Source: Bugula neritina (taxonomy: Eukaryota; Animalia; Bryozoa). Taken from it: DNA of 64,000 bases. The notes beneath the pieces were generated by a model, which searched no databases, had not been told where the DNA came from, and saw only the letters and a program-made list of their open reading frames with translations. This document shows, piece after piece, positions 39,701 through 52,514 of this stretch. Within the stretch, counting starts at the first letter, position 1; each line of letters opens with the position of its first letter. Position numbers and translations under genes: made by a program. The DNA lies in assembly GCA_964035545.1 (NCBI GenBank), contig OZ037765.1, positions 4,226,698-4,290,697 on the forward strand, read 5' to 3'.

Positions 39701-42700
39701 GAGTGTAAACTACGGCAGTAATATTTTAGTTTAAGGATAGGCAGAAACTTTATTAAATGATGATTTCATCAACTAAATAAATTCTAAACTTAGGTTGTAG
39801 ATTTTATTAATGATCTATTGCTAATTAATCCTCGTTTCTTGCAAAAAAGTTGGTTTAAATTAATTTTATATTGTCGTCTAATCCACGATTTATAATTTTA
39901 AAAATTGTGCTTCCAGTTGAATTCATGAAGCAAGTTTCACTGATAGAGTCGCAAATGCATTTATACTTCTTGTTGAAAGATCTCCACTCTGTTGGAAAAA
40001 CATGGAAGGAAATTATAAATTGTAGGGGATATACATAGAAAAATTTATATAACTTATTCGTTGTGCAGTACCGGCAACTTATGACTCATCTAGCTATTTT
40101 TAACTCTAATTTCAAAGAGCTGGCATCTGGGGGTTATTTTAAAATAAAAGCAAGACCTAAGATGTTCACATGAGGGTATCTCTATGTAACTGCTGGTCTA
40201 GTTACTCAACTCTAGCCTCTGTTCTTCAAATAGACATTCTCTCGGTTTATCTTTAAGCTGTCCCTCATTTACTAAGACATCTCACTACCCTCATTATTGT
40301 ATACCTTAGTGAATTTCATGCTGGCTCTTTAAACCTCCCCCCCCCTCCCACACCGCCTCGATGCAAGTAGTGGTGTGTAAATTTTGTTGCTGTCTGTAGC
40401 AGATTGACCTTGAACTCTATGCTGTAGGAGATGCTGACAAGCTTTACTCCTCTGTTCACACACAGATATTTACTCTACCAGATGAATACAGTATCTTCCC
40501 AGCTCATGACTACACTGGTAGGTCCTTGCTGTATGTATGCAGTAGGTTACTGTATGTAGTAGGTTACTGTATGTATGCAGTAGGTTACTGTATGTATATA
40601 GTAGGTTACTGTATGTATGAAGTAGGTTACTATATATAGTAGGTTACTGTATGTATAAAGTAGGTTACTGTATGTAGTAGGTTACTGTATGTATATAATA
40701 GGTTACTGTATGTATATAGTAGGTTACTGTATGTATGCAGTAGGTTACTGTATGTAGTAGGTTATTGTATGTAGTAGGTTACTGTATGTATATAATAGGT
40801 TACTGTATGTATGCAGTAGGTTACTGTATATAGTAGGTTACTGTATGTATATAGTAGGTTACTGTATGTATGTAGTAGGTTACTGTGTGTATGCAGTAGG
40901 TTACTGTATGTATGCAGTAGGTTACTGTATGTATGCAGTAGGTTACTGTATATAGTAGGTTACTGTATGTAGTAGGTTACTGTATGTATATAGTAGGTTA
41001 CTGTATGTATGTAGTAGGTTACTGTGTGTATGCAGTAGGTTACTGTATGTATGCAGTAGGTTACTGTATGTATGCAGTAGGTTACTGTATATAGTAGGTT
41101 ACTGTATGTAGTAGGTTACTGTATGTATGCAGTAGGTTACTGTATGTATATAGTAGGTTACTGTATGTAGTAGGTTACTGTATGTATATAATAGGTTACT
41201 GTATGTATATAGTAGGTTATTGTATGCAGTAGGTTACTGTATGTATATAGTAGGTTACTGTATGTATATAGTAGGTTATTGTATGCAGTAGGTTACTGTA
41301 TGTATATAGTAGGTTACTGTATGTATATAGTAGGTTACTGTATGTATGCAGTAGGTTACTGTATGTATGCAGTAGGTTACTGTATGTAGTAGGTTACTGT
41401 ATGTATATAATAGGTTACTGTATGTATATAGTAGGTTATTGTATGCAGTAGGTTACTGTATGTATATAATAGGTTACTGTATGTATGCAGTAGGTTACTG
41501 TATGTATATAGTAGGTTACTGTATATAGTAGGTTACTGTATGTATATAGTAGGTTACTGTATGTAGTAGGTTACTGTATGTATATAATAGGTTACTGTAT
41601 GTATATAGTAGGTTACTGTATGTAGTAGGTTACTGTATGTATATAATAGGTTACTGTATGTATATAGTAGGTTATTGTATGCAGTAGGTTACTGTATGTA
41701 TATAGTAGGTTACTGTATGTAATAGGCTACTGTATGCAGTAGGTTACTGTGTGCAAGATATTAGGTTCCTGTGTGAAGCAACGAGTAAACTGTTTGTGCT
41801 GCATTGTGTTATTGTCTTTGCATGAATAAAATCTATTGACCACAGAGTTGCTCTGTTCACATGAATAAGTCAATAGTATCTGTAATCTATTGGATTTTTA
41901 GGGTGTCTGAAATTATCTTTTCCCTATCATTTGCACTTTGGGCAGACAACTCTATCTTTCAACATTTCCCATGTCAAAAGCAAACAACACCACCCACAAT
42001 GATTTGCTAGTTAAAATCCTGGATATTATTTTGATTATCTTTCTGGTGACAGAGTGTTTTGGTGAACTATGATCAGTTGTTCTGAATTTTCATACTTCTC
42101 ACTCGTTGAGATTTTATAGCAGTGTGTCACTATGTAGGTCAGCCATGGACTACCGTGGGCGAAGAAAAGATGCATAACCCGAGGCTGACAAAGGAAAGAG
42201 CTGTATTCATAGACTTGATGAACAACCTTAACCTGCCATATCCTAAGCAGATAGGTACGTCCGTGTATTGTGGCCGTGTTTTGTGTGCATATCTTTCAAC
42301 TTTTAAAGTCGTCCTCTCTCCTATCTTTGGGAATGCTAAAAGTTATTCTGACTCGCAAAAAGTTATTTGAAATTAAATTTATTTTAAATAACTAAAACTC
42401 GAATAAGTTTTTAAAAAATATTGCTAAATTATTTTAATGTAGTTTTTGTCCAACGAAATTGATGTTTCAAAATCATACTAATTTTACCCAATGAGGGGAC
42501 AGCTTTAGAATGTTGTTATTTTTTCTAGAGTTACCTTTGTTGTTTTCATTTGGTGCATTGAGTTATTGGTGAGGAGGTGTGTGAAGCTATGGGTTAGTTT
42601 TTTTAGCTTAATTTATTATTTTAACATTATTTTTATAATAATTTAATTTATTATTTATATTGTGTTCAGGTTTACTAACTCAAATCAAATGTTATGTAAT

Positions 42701-43727
42701 GACTGACTCAGTCATTACATAACAATACTCTTTATAGTAAATAATATCATGGCCCATGGCAGACATAATATAGATTTAGCTTCACTGCACCTTTTACACT
42801 CTGTCCATAATCTGATAATGAAAATCTATAGTTTCTACGTTTAATACATAATTATTTAAATATCTGATGGAATTAGAAGGATATAGGTAGCTTGGTGACG
42901 GGTGTGCTCCTGTCTGGTGAACTCTGCAGTGCCATATTTCCTTACTATCCAGCTCCTAGATGTGTCCGGGACCCTCAAGACCTGCCCCGTATATTGTGGT
43001 AATAACAGTAAAAGAAAAGACTTTGTACAATTTTGTAAATAATCAATTTTTGCGCTCTGCTCAGCTTTTGCAAAATCGAAAGATACAAATCACGAGCTTT
43101 TAAAGTTTGGACGCAGTTTTCTGTATTTCTCAAGCGGAAGCTCACGAAACTTAATTTCTTGTGAAAACCGATCAAAACCTTATTTGCTTTGATGAGAAAG
43201 AATTAATAAACTTGTGTACGCCACACAGAAACCTGAGGTAAAGGATTCAGCACCTTGCTGCCACTCTAGGAGTGATGCCTCGCTTAGTTTATTAGGTTGT
43301 GTCTTCTAGAGTGAATTGGTTGCTGCATGAGCTCCTCTCACAAAACTTTTAGAAAGGAATGCTGACTCTTGCTACGTTAAGAGGCAGCGGTTTTATGCAA
43401 CGTGACTACTCAAATATTGCTTGTTCAATGCCGCAGTTATACACTAATAAAAACAAATGTTTTGAGCAATATTTTTGGCTCATCAAGTGAAAACAGTCGA
43501 GCTCTATTGTTTACTGCTACACTCTTAAAAATAGAAGCAAACCCACTAATAAGCTGAAGAATAAATAGACAGATGAAGGTTTCAATTGTGTTTTATATGT
43601 GTGACAATTTTTTTCATAAGCATTTCAATATTTTGTTGGTGTTTTTTTAATTTAATGCTGTTTTGTAGATCGTGCTTTGCCAGCAAATCTGATGTGTGGA
43701 ATTGTTGATGAACCTGCTAAGGACTAG
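36768..43727 (+). CDS. ETHE1: Persulfide dioxygenase (metallo-beta-lactamase fold)
   Basis: Exons approx. 36768-37202 (..VLFRQ; start uncertain), 37851-37995 ([18 protein letters not shown]), 39023-39209 ([16 protein letters not shown]), 39553-39644 ([16 protein letters not shown]), 40428-40517 (PAHDY), 42138-42254 ([17 protein letters not shown]) and 43669-43727 (ALPANLMCG). Confidence 0.93.
40530..41751. repeat. Intronic minisatellite, 17/21-nt units AGTAGGTTACTGTATGT(ATGC/ATAT)
   Basis: Directly visible, ~1.2 kb, starting ~12 nt after the ETHE1 donor at 40518. Confidence 0.97.
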
Positions 43728-46001
43728 AGGTTTAAGCTCCCGGCAAGGAGTGGACGATTGAAGATTATTTTTCAATTTTTGAGAAAAATACGCATCTTTG
43801 ACACACCGTGTGTTGATTTAATGAACTCTACAACTAACATATGTTTGTCTTATGTTTTGTTGTGACCTAAAAAATGGCCTGTTTTAGTTTTCGATTTTCG
43901 AAAGTTGTTCTCAGAGCTTCAATTGTTTTTCTGATCTTTTATAATTCAGCATAATGATATTTTATTGATATTGAATAACTATTCATCAACACTTTAATTT
44001 ATATTGCATAATAATTATTACTCATTGACACGTTATAGTGTCTTGTGTATGCTATTTTAATAAAATTAATTTATGCATTCGTTACAAGTTATTGTGGGTG
44101 ATGTGCATGGTAAACACTTTTATAAAATATATCTTTTTTATCATGGTAATGTTCTTTAGTATCGTGTGGCTAAGCATTCAGTGTGCTTTTATTCTTTTGT
44201 GTCTAATCTACGTGTGCAACCTTTGCTGTAATTTATCACGAGTTTAACTGAAATGCAACAAATATGAGAACTTGTGGTGGCCATCAAAATGAACACCTAG
44301 TCCCACGTAGTGTTTGCAGGTAATAAAAAATACAGGTTATCCTGAATATTCACTCACTTGATTAGGTTGCTTTTTTAAATTTTAAGCACTTCATTAGTTA
44401 TCTTGTATGGTATAAGTCAATGCAATAGTATTTTCTTTTGTGGTGGCCAAGATGAGGGGTTGTGCCCTCACTATTTGTTTAACTTTTAATGGTAATAATT
44501 AAGGAGTTGTGCTCTCAATATAATCGACTGAAAATTAATGAAACTTTCATATGAATATCTACAGCCACCATTTGCAAATTTGCATCATTCACAGAACGTC
44601 AATTACTTTTGATATCTTAGAAGCGCTGGTATTTTATGCAGGTTGGAAATGGGAGCATAACTTGATGAAAAATAAGAAGCTTGCTTTGTGTAGTTGAGTA
44701 GAGATGTTTATAATAGGCATAAGTGGGAAAGCAGGTATTAGGGTTAAAGGTTAGATTAATGGTCATACATTTTTGTAGTCTTCCTTATAGAATTTAGTGT
44801 GGTTTTTATATGGAAGTGTTCTTCTTCCTTTAAATTTTATGTTGCATGTGCTCATTCTAAGAACAACTGAACTAAGGGAAGTTATACTCAGATATTTTAC
44901 TGATGTAATATATTGTCAAACTACTACAAACAGACCATCACAAAGCTATTACAAGTATATACAGGCACAAAAACAAACGCACTTGATTTATGTAAGAAAA
45001 ATGTTTAAAAATATGTGCTATTTAACCTGAAATGTGATATGATTTCAATTTTAAATTATTAAACCATTAATGTTATGGATGTGATGATTGAAAGTTTAAA
45101 GCATCCACTATCAGTATTATGATTGAGGTATGTTAAGGGTAGAATGACACCTGTTCTAATTTGAATTATCTGTTATAAACACTTGACTGTATAATAAAGA
45201 TAGACTCAATTGGAATTTGAAATATCAAAGTACAGTAATAATTTGTTCCCATAAACTGACAGCATTTCATCAGTTAATAGCCATCAGCTTATAAATATTA
45301 TCAACTCATCTCTCATTTCTTCACATGATAACAGATATAAAAGGTGACAAAAATATTTTATTGCAATATTAATAATATATTTATTGTATGTTATCAAATG
45401 ATGTATATTTTATGGCAGGTTATAAAATATAATAAAAAGATACTGTTATATGGTTTATCTTTAAGTACACCTCACAAAGTGGTAAGAAACACTAGATAGA
45501 ATTTACACACTTTGGTGAAATCTTATCAAACATATTTTATTGTGAAATTGTAATGCTCTGCAATTACATGCTTTTTAAAAAAATTATAAAATAATTTTTT
45601 GTGAATATACTTAGGTTTCTTGTTATATTAGGAAATACTGCCTTTATATGATTGAAGAAGTCACCTCAATATATACATGCAGTCCTTTAAACACCTGCAG
45701 CTTGAAGAATGCGTCTATAAAATGACTAAAAGCTACAGCATACACACGAACACCCACGCACGCACCTTAATTTGTACAAAAAAATGTTAAACAGATTATG
45801 CTTATGCTCAGCCAGAAATGTGGTAGAAACTTCATTGCCAATAATCTAGTTCAATTTGTATAATAAAAATGCTATAATTAAAGTTATGATAGATTGTAGT
45901 TGTTGTTATAGCAGTACTAAATAACATGGTAATTGTATATTAATTTGTTTGCAGGGTGAAGTTAGTAATAGATAGCTGCAGTGAAGGTGATGCAGAACAT
46001 T

Positions 46002-48879
46002 TTATTCTATATTCAATTGTTCTTTAATTCTTTCAATTCCTTGACTTGCCATTCTGAAATACCAAAGATATATTTCTTCTCCTGTATCATAAGATAGCAC
46101 CTGTTCATATTTCTGAAGAGCTTCTTGAAGCCTGTTGTTGATTTCACAAAACCTGCCATAAGTTGCCAGCACTGCTGCTTTTAGCTCATTCGTTTCTAGT
46201 TCATCGAGTCTAGGAAAGACAGCTTCAATCTCTTCTGCAGGGTATCCAAGTAGCAGTTTGACTATCACAAATCTTGACAGAAAGTTACATGGGTTTTCCT
46301 TTTTGTAGTTTTCTAGATGCTGCTCTACTTTCTCCAGCAAGGCTCTTCTGCCAGGGTCATTATCAGTCTCTTTGAAGTGAAATTCATAAGACAAGAAGCG
46401 CCACAGTTTCAATTTTGATTTACCTAAAATAAATACAAAGTAGCCTACTGTAAAAACTATAATATGAGTAATTGAGAAACTATCAGAATTTGACAAATAT
46501 GTCTGAAATATACTGAAAGATGGGATTGTAAGCATAGACTTGTTAGCTGAATTACACAAAGCTGCTAAACAAGGTGGAGAAACACCTGGTTTACATGTGA
46601 AATAATGATCAGCACCACTGTAGATATACAGATAGAGTGAGTCTAAACCACAGCCTACAAACTCAACACTGCTTAGTCAGTGATAAAGAACTTCTAACGC
46701 TATAGGAGTTCAAACTCTGCTATTGATAAGGTGGTTTCACTTATAATTATTCACTTTATATTATATCTTGTACCTTGACTTCCAAATATTTCGCTGTAGG
46801 CACTCCAGGCTTTCTCTGGCTCAGCTTCACTGTACTTCATTGCCCACATCTGCATTAGAATGTCAGAAGATACTTGAGATCCAAAACAGGGTGACTTGTC
46901 TTCTGCTTCCAGATACTTTTCTCCATATTGCAGCGCTGTCTTTAGCAGCTCCCATCTCTCAGTGTAATTCTCAGTTTCTCGTGCCTTCTCCAGGTACACC
47001 TTTGCAATTGTACCAGACAGCTGGCCGTTAGGTTCCATCAAAATTGAATTTTGATTTATAATGTTAATTATTTTATTAACACAAAACATGCTGTCGATAT
47101 CACTTATCCTGTGAACATATACGGAGAACCTATCTTCATCGAAACCGTGACGAATCAAATCACAGCATGTTTTGTCTAGTAGAACAAACACTAGGCTATG
47201 CCAAACAGCAACTTCTTGGTCAGGTGAATTTGTCTGTAAAAGAACGAATGCTTCCTCAAATAGTTTCTTTAGCACTGACCTTTGAACCTCAGTTGCCATA
47301 TGAACATTTCCTTTCCAAACAGAACGCTTGGCATGATGTGCTAACACTTTCATGTAGAGATAGTGATGTTTAATCACTGGTTCTGTGGACTCATTAGATA
47401 ATAGTCTGTCAAATAACTCGAGCGCTTTCTTTTTTGCTTGTGTTGTGCGAATTGTGTGATATTGCCAGTAGGCATACTCAATAGCAGCAGTCTTTCTTGC
47501 TTCTTCTTGTTGTAAGAGTTCTTCCATTTTATCACGAGCCAATCTTGCCTCATTTTTTTGTGGAGGAGATGACTTCAAATAGTAAACACCTTTGTTACAC
47601 CAAGCATGCACGCTGTTTGGGTCAATTTTAAGGGCAAAGTTGATACAATTCCAGGCTTCTTCAAGATTTCCATTTTGCAGTAGAACTGTAGCTGCGCCAT
47701 AATTTCCGTGCTCACTGTACTTTTCTTCAAACACCATGCGTCTTATATGCATTACGTTAAAACCTGGGGGAGTTTTAAACAGGCTAAACCCCCAGTTCCT
47801 GAAATAATCTACAAAAGGAAAGACAGTTCATTTAAAGACAGGATTTCAAATTGATTGTATGCTTTGTGAAAACATTATTTAAACACTTATGCTATCATTT
47901 TGTGTTTATATTAGAGCATGGAGCAGCAATGGTCTAGGAATTAGAGTGTTTGCCTAGTAAACACAGAGTCATGGGTTCGGACCCCAGAAAAGGCGATGCA
48001 TCCAGTCATAACTGCTCCTGTGCACATAGAATATAGATGAATAAGTCCTTAGCTCGCTTTCAACAACCCTTTCCATCAAGGACTTCTCACATGGATGGCA
48101 ACTATAAACTTGCGTAGGTTTTTTATTAGACCACAGTGCTGGGAGGTGTCATCCCAGATAGACGCTTCCCAGTTAGACGCTAGGCTAAATTTCCCACTTA
48201 GACACTTCTCACATGGTTGCTTTCCAGTTGGAAGACATTTATTTATTTTGGTACAATATATATTTTACGCGCAAGTTATTTGAATATTATGGAAATATAC
48301 GTATATTTAAAAAACCTGGACCAATTGCTGCTTGTTATTAAGCACATAAATGAATTCTTTTGACCTGCATTAACTTATTAATTTTGCATTTGCTATACTT
48401 CTTGTTGTTTGAAAAGATATTTTGTTAATAAGTATTCATTAAAGATAATGTCTATTAATGATGTATTACTGTTTTTTTGTTCCTTAAAAATTGGAATATT
48501 ACTCCAGATAATTTATGTTAGCTATTATAGCTATTAGCATATTAGCTATTTAGCAATCAATCCCACAGCATATTACTATATATCACAATACCAAAATAAA
48601 TAAATAGTGTCTAACTGGGATGAAACCTGCTGGAATGTTTCAATTCAATGAATGTGACAGAATAGTGAACATTTTAAGAATAATCTGTATGATTATATAC
48701 TATGACATCACAGTAACATATATACAATTATTAGATGATTATATAAACTATTAATACTCAAGTTGACAAAGCAAAGAATATAAAGTATAATTGATGTGAA
48801 GCAGATGAAAGTTACTCCTATGTCCCCTTTGACATGAGAATATATTCTTACCATCTAAAGACTTAGTATCTTGATTCAT
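46002..48879 (-). CDS. TPR-repeat protein copy 5 (IFIT/TTC22-like), dispersed and inverted, 494 aa
   Basis: Exons 48879-48852 (MNQDTKSLD), 47808-46774 and 46423-46002; 1485 nt open frame with the same splice phases. Confidence 0.88.
47916..48123 (+). mobile_element. tRNA-derived SINE in intron 1 of copy 5
   Basis: A box TGGTCTAGG, B box GGGTTCGGACCC, shared body and T tail; possible TSD TATTAGA (47909-47915 / 48124-48130). Confidence 0.82.
48145..48627. mobile_element. Non-autonomous DNA transposon (MITE), ~22-bp TIRs, 8-bp TSD
   Basis: GGTGTCATCCCAGATAGACGCT ... AGTGTCTAACTGGGATGAAACC; flanks TGCTGGGA (48137-48144) and TGCTGGAA (48628-48635); absent from paralogous introns. Confidence 0.8.
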
Positions 48880-50192
48880 GTTGATAGCTTTCTACACCTT
48901 TTATAGAATTGTCTAAACTAATATATAAATGATTGAATACTTGAAGTGAAATGGCAGGCAGTGTACAGCTACTAGTATATTTATATTTATATCACTTGGC
49001 TGGCCTGAACTTTGAAGTTTCAAGCACTTTTGAACTTCAACCCTGAGAAATTGTAGCCATATTTATAGACGCTAGCACCCTTGCTTGAACAATTTCATAG
49101 ACATGTTTAAGATATTGTCTACATACAGCAGATACTTCCTTTATCCCTTAATTTAATATTCATGGTTATAATTTGAACCTTTAAAAATTATTTTGAGAAA
49201 AAGCAAGTCTCAAATATAAATGGAGGTTTTAATTTATTTGCATGCAGTAAATGTTTTTACAAAAATAGTGCATTTCTGAGGCTGGCTTATTTATAGGTTA
49301 AAAATATTTGTACTTTTTCAAATGTTTGTATTTTCTAAAAGCCCAGTAGGGCTCCACAATAGTTTGAGACCAGTACTATGGCAGTAGGCTACTGAGATAG
49401 CTACCTATAGTATTTCGTATTGAACAGACTGATTCTAACGGTGCGTTAGGCTATAATCAAAGGGGTGCAGAGCATAGTTATGGTATGAATAGAGGTTGTC
49501 AAACATAGCTGCTCACTATTCCCAAAGAGGCACTACAATAATGATCAAATTTACAACTTGCTATAATTATCTTAAACTAAAACTTACAATTTGAACTAAA
49601 ATTTAATTTGTTTGTCTTCCCAGATTATTAGCTTTACCAATAATTTATTGTCACATTACGACTATCCATAAGGACTTTCCAGATAGGGTTTTATTTAATA
49701 ACTTTTATTGATAATAATTAAGGAGTTATGTTCTCGATGTGCTCAACTGAAAATCAATGAAACTTTCATAATATCATTATTAGTCATATTATGACTTTTC
49801 ACAGCCACCATTTGCAAATTTGCAAAACTTACAGAATATCAATTTTTTTCATTTTAAATTAAACTTTTGATATATTTGGTACACTAGAAGAAGAAAAAGT
49901 TGAAAAATTTAAAAAGTCTTATTTCTTAGTTTACAAGTTTTGATTATCTTAGATGAAAATATATAATAATTGTGCATTAAAACTAGTTAATACAAAATAT
50001 ATGCAAGACAAATCAACACAAATAAAAAGAATCCTTACAATTAAATGATTAACTTTCCTAGTAGCTTCATTTGTATTTAAAACAAATACAAAGCGCAGGA
50101 GCTATTTTCCTTTTTAATTTAAATTTTTTTAAATTGAGTCGGTCAACATCCAACTTGTGGGGGAGGCAACTTCTATTCTTATGAATAGCAAC

Positions 50193-52437
50193 TTAAATAA
50201 TATAATCAACAGTGATGGTTTTGGTGGCTGATTCGATAATGTAGACTGATTTTGATAGCTCCACCTAAAACGTAGACGCAAGTACCAAATTAGTGCTGAA
50301 ATTGCATTAAGAGGTTTGAAAACACACACAACATTATCTATGTTATAGTTTTCATATATGAAACAAACGAATTCAACATACTTTGACTCTTTCCCAGGCT
50401 GCTTCATCATCTTCCGCAATTTTGTATAAAGCATCAGATATTCCCGGGAAGGCAGCACTAGCATATGAGTCAGTAGCACTTGGAGCAAACACCACGTGTC
50501 TACAACATTATATATTACTATTTCATATGCTGAATAAAAGTTTGCATCTAAAATAGTATTAAAAATAGAGAAACAAAGACCATTTTATCTCTTTACTACT
50601 TTTTTTATCAAAATAAACTAATATTTCAGACACCTCTGTACCCAAACTTCAGAGTTACACATAAAATTTAGAAGGCAGAAAGCTATGTAAACATGATAGA
50701 AGGTAAATTGGTTGAAGTCTAGGAACAAGTGTGGCTATTTATAGACAAGCACTTATTAACATACATATGTGTACGCAAGTTGCAAAGCACACAGCTTAGT
50801 GTTTATGACTTACAGATGACGATATTTATACTCCTACCTGATGTATATGAGTAATAGGTAGAGAGTTGTGCACTCCTACCTGATGTGCATGACTCATAAG
50901 TAAGAGTTGTGCCCTCCTTACCTTATGTATTTCCTATCCAAAATTCCTAGAGGATACAGGAAAGATCTTTCTAAGAGGAACAGCTGGTCATTAAATTTTC
51001 TAATTTTAGTCCACCTATACGTAGTATTATATAATATAGAGCAACTATTATAGAAGAGCCAAATTCAGGAACACATGAAATGTTATGAAAGCTTTTAAAT
51101 TCACGTGCAGTGAAGCTGAAACATGATGGTGCAGAGTCTGTTAGCACTTCTTTACAAGCATATTTAATATATAATTATACTTGATTTAGCATGAAGCTGG
51201 GTAAGCAATGCCCCCTTTTTTCTTTAACCAAGACAGCATTGAGAATTGTAGCTAAAATATTCTAAAAACCACATCACTTACTCGGCACCACTATCTGGTA
51301 GTTTTCTAACCTCCTCGTCAAACTTAGCCGCCTCAACTGCAAACTTGTTTATAGCTGCAGAAAGATAATCTGCAAGAAAATATTTAACAGCGTTAGCTGT
51401 TATCCATGTTGTTTTTTGCCTTATATTGTATAATATATCTGATATTATAATTAAAATGAAACTTTCATATAGGTACACAACTATATCAATTTTAATCAAT
51501 GTAATGCTGTCATGTTTCATTTTAAACAGCAATAATCAAACTTGGAGAACTTTTGTAAATTTTGACAAATAAATATGAAAAGAAGACAACCTCAACTAAA
51601 TCATTCAACTTCTAGAAAGTTGTTAATAATTGTTAATAATCCATTCTTGTTGCAAAAGGGATAATTTTTTATAATATTTTGAATAGCTGAACATGGCAAA
51701 TATAATTTTATGTCCGATAGTTTTCCATTCCACGAGAAACTTAAAATAGTAAAGGGTTTAATGCAGATCCAGGACAAAGCAGTTTTTAGCGTTCAAAGTA
51801 GAACAGGATCAACTTATAATACTAAATACCCTTCCTGACATTACTAGTAGACCTGCTGAAATTCTAACTGATGATTACAAACAATTGTGCTGAACCAGAG
51901 ATTTTACAGCAGAATTCGTACCTAGAGACTTGGTAAGAGATCCGTCTCCATGACCTGCTAGAGTAGGTCTGACTCTATCATCCAGAGCTTTGAAGACTTG
52001 CTTGAGTCTGGTGCCGTAATCGCTAGTGACAAAAGGAATCATCACCGAATCCGAGATGTTTCTGGTCAACTCAATGAAGTATCGGGCGAGGGTCTGGTGG
52101 TACTTGAAGGTTGGGTCTACAAAGTTCTCTACGTTCTCGAAAGTGTCGTAGGAGGTGTGGTAGAGAGGGTAATACGCCGATATTTTAATCTCTTCCTACA
52201 ATTGAAACGAAATCTAAGTGGAAAACAAAGCAAAACTGACTTATTGCACTCTGTTGATTCTGCTTCTGTGTGCTATTTATGTTAATGGTACTAATAAACA
52301 TTTCTTTTTAGCGTAGCAGTGTTCCGTTCTAGATCTCCACAATTCACAATTTTAAAAAATGTTTTCTTGCATAATTTGCCAATTAAGATTATTTAATTAT
52401 ATAACTAGAGAATGAAATAGTTATGTAAAACATGTAA

Positions 52438-52514
<77 letters not shown>

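Noticed and set aside
40530-41751. CRISPR-like array
   Set aside because: No unique spacers, eukaryotic intron context and no cas genes.
45455-45600. Similarity to 60736-60870
   Set aside because: Looks like an ordinary decayed dispersed repeat; no termini or ORF definable.
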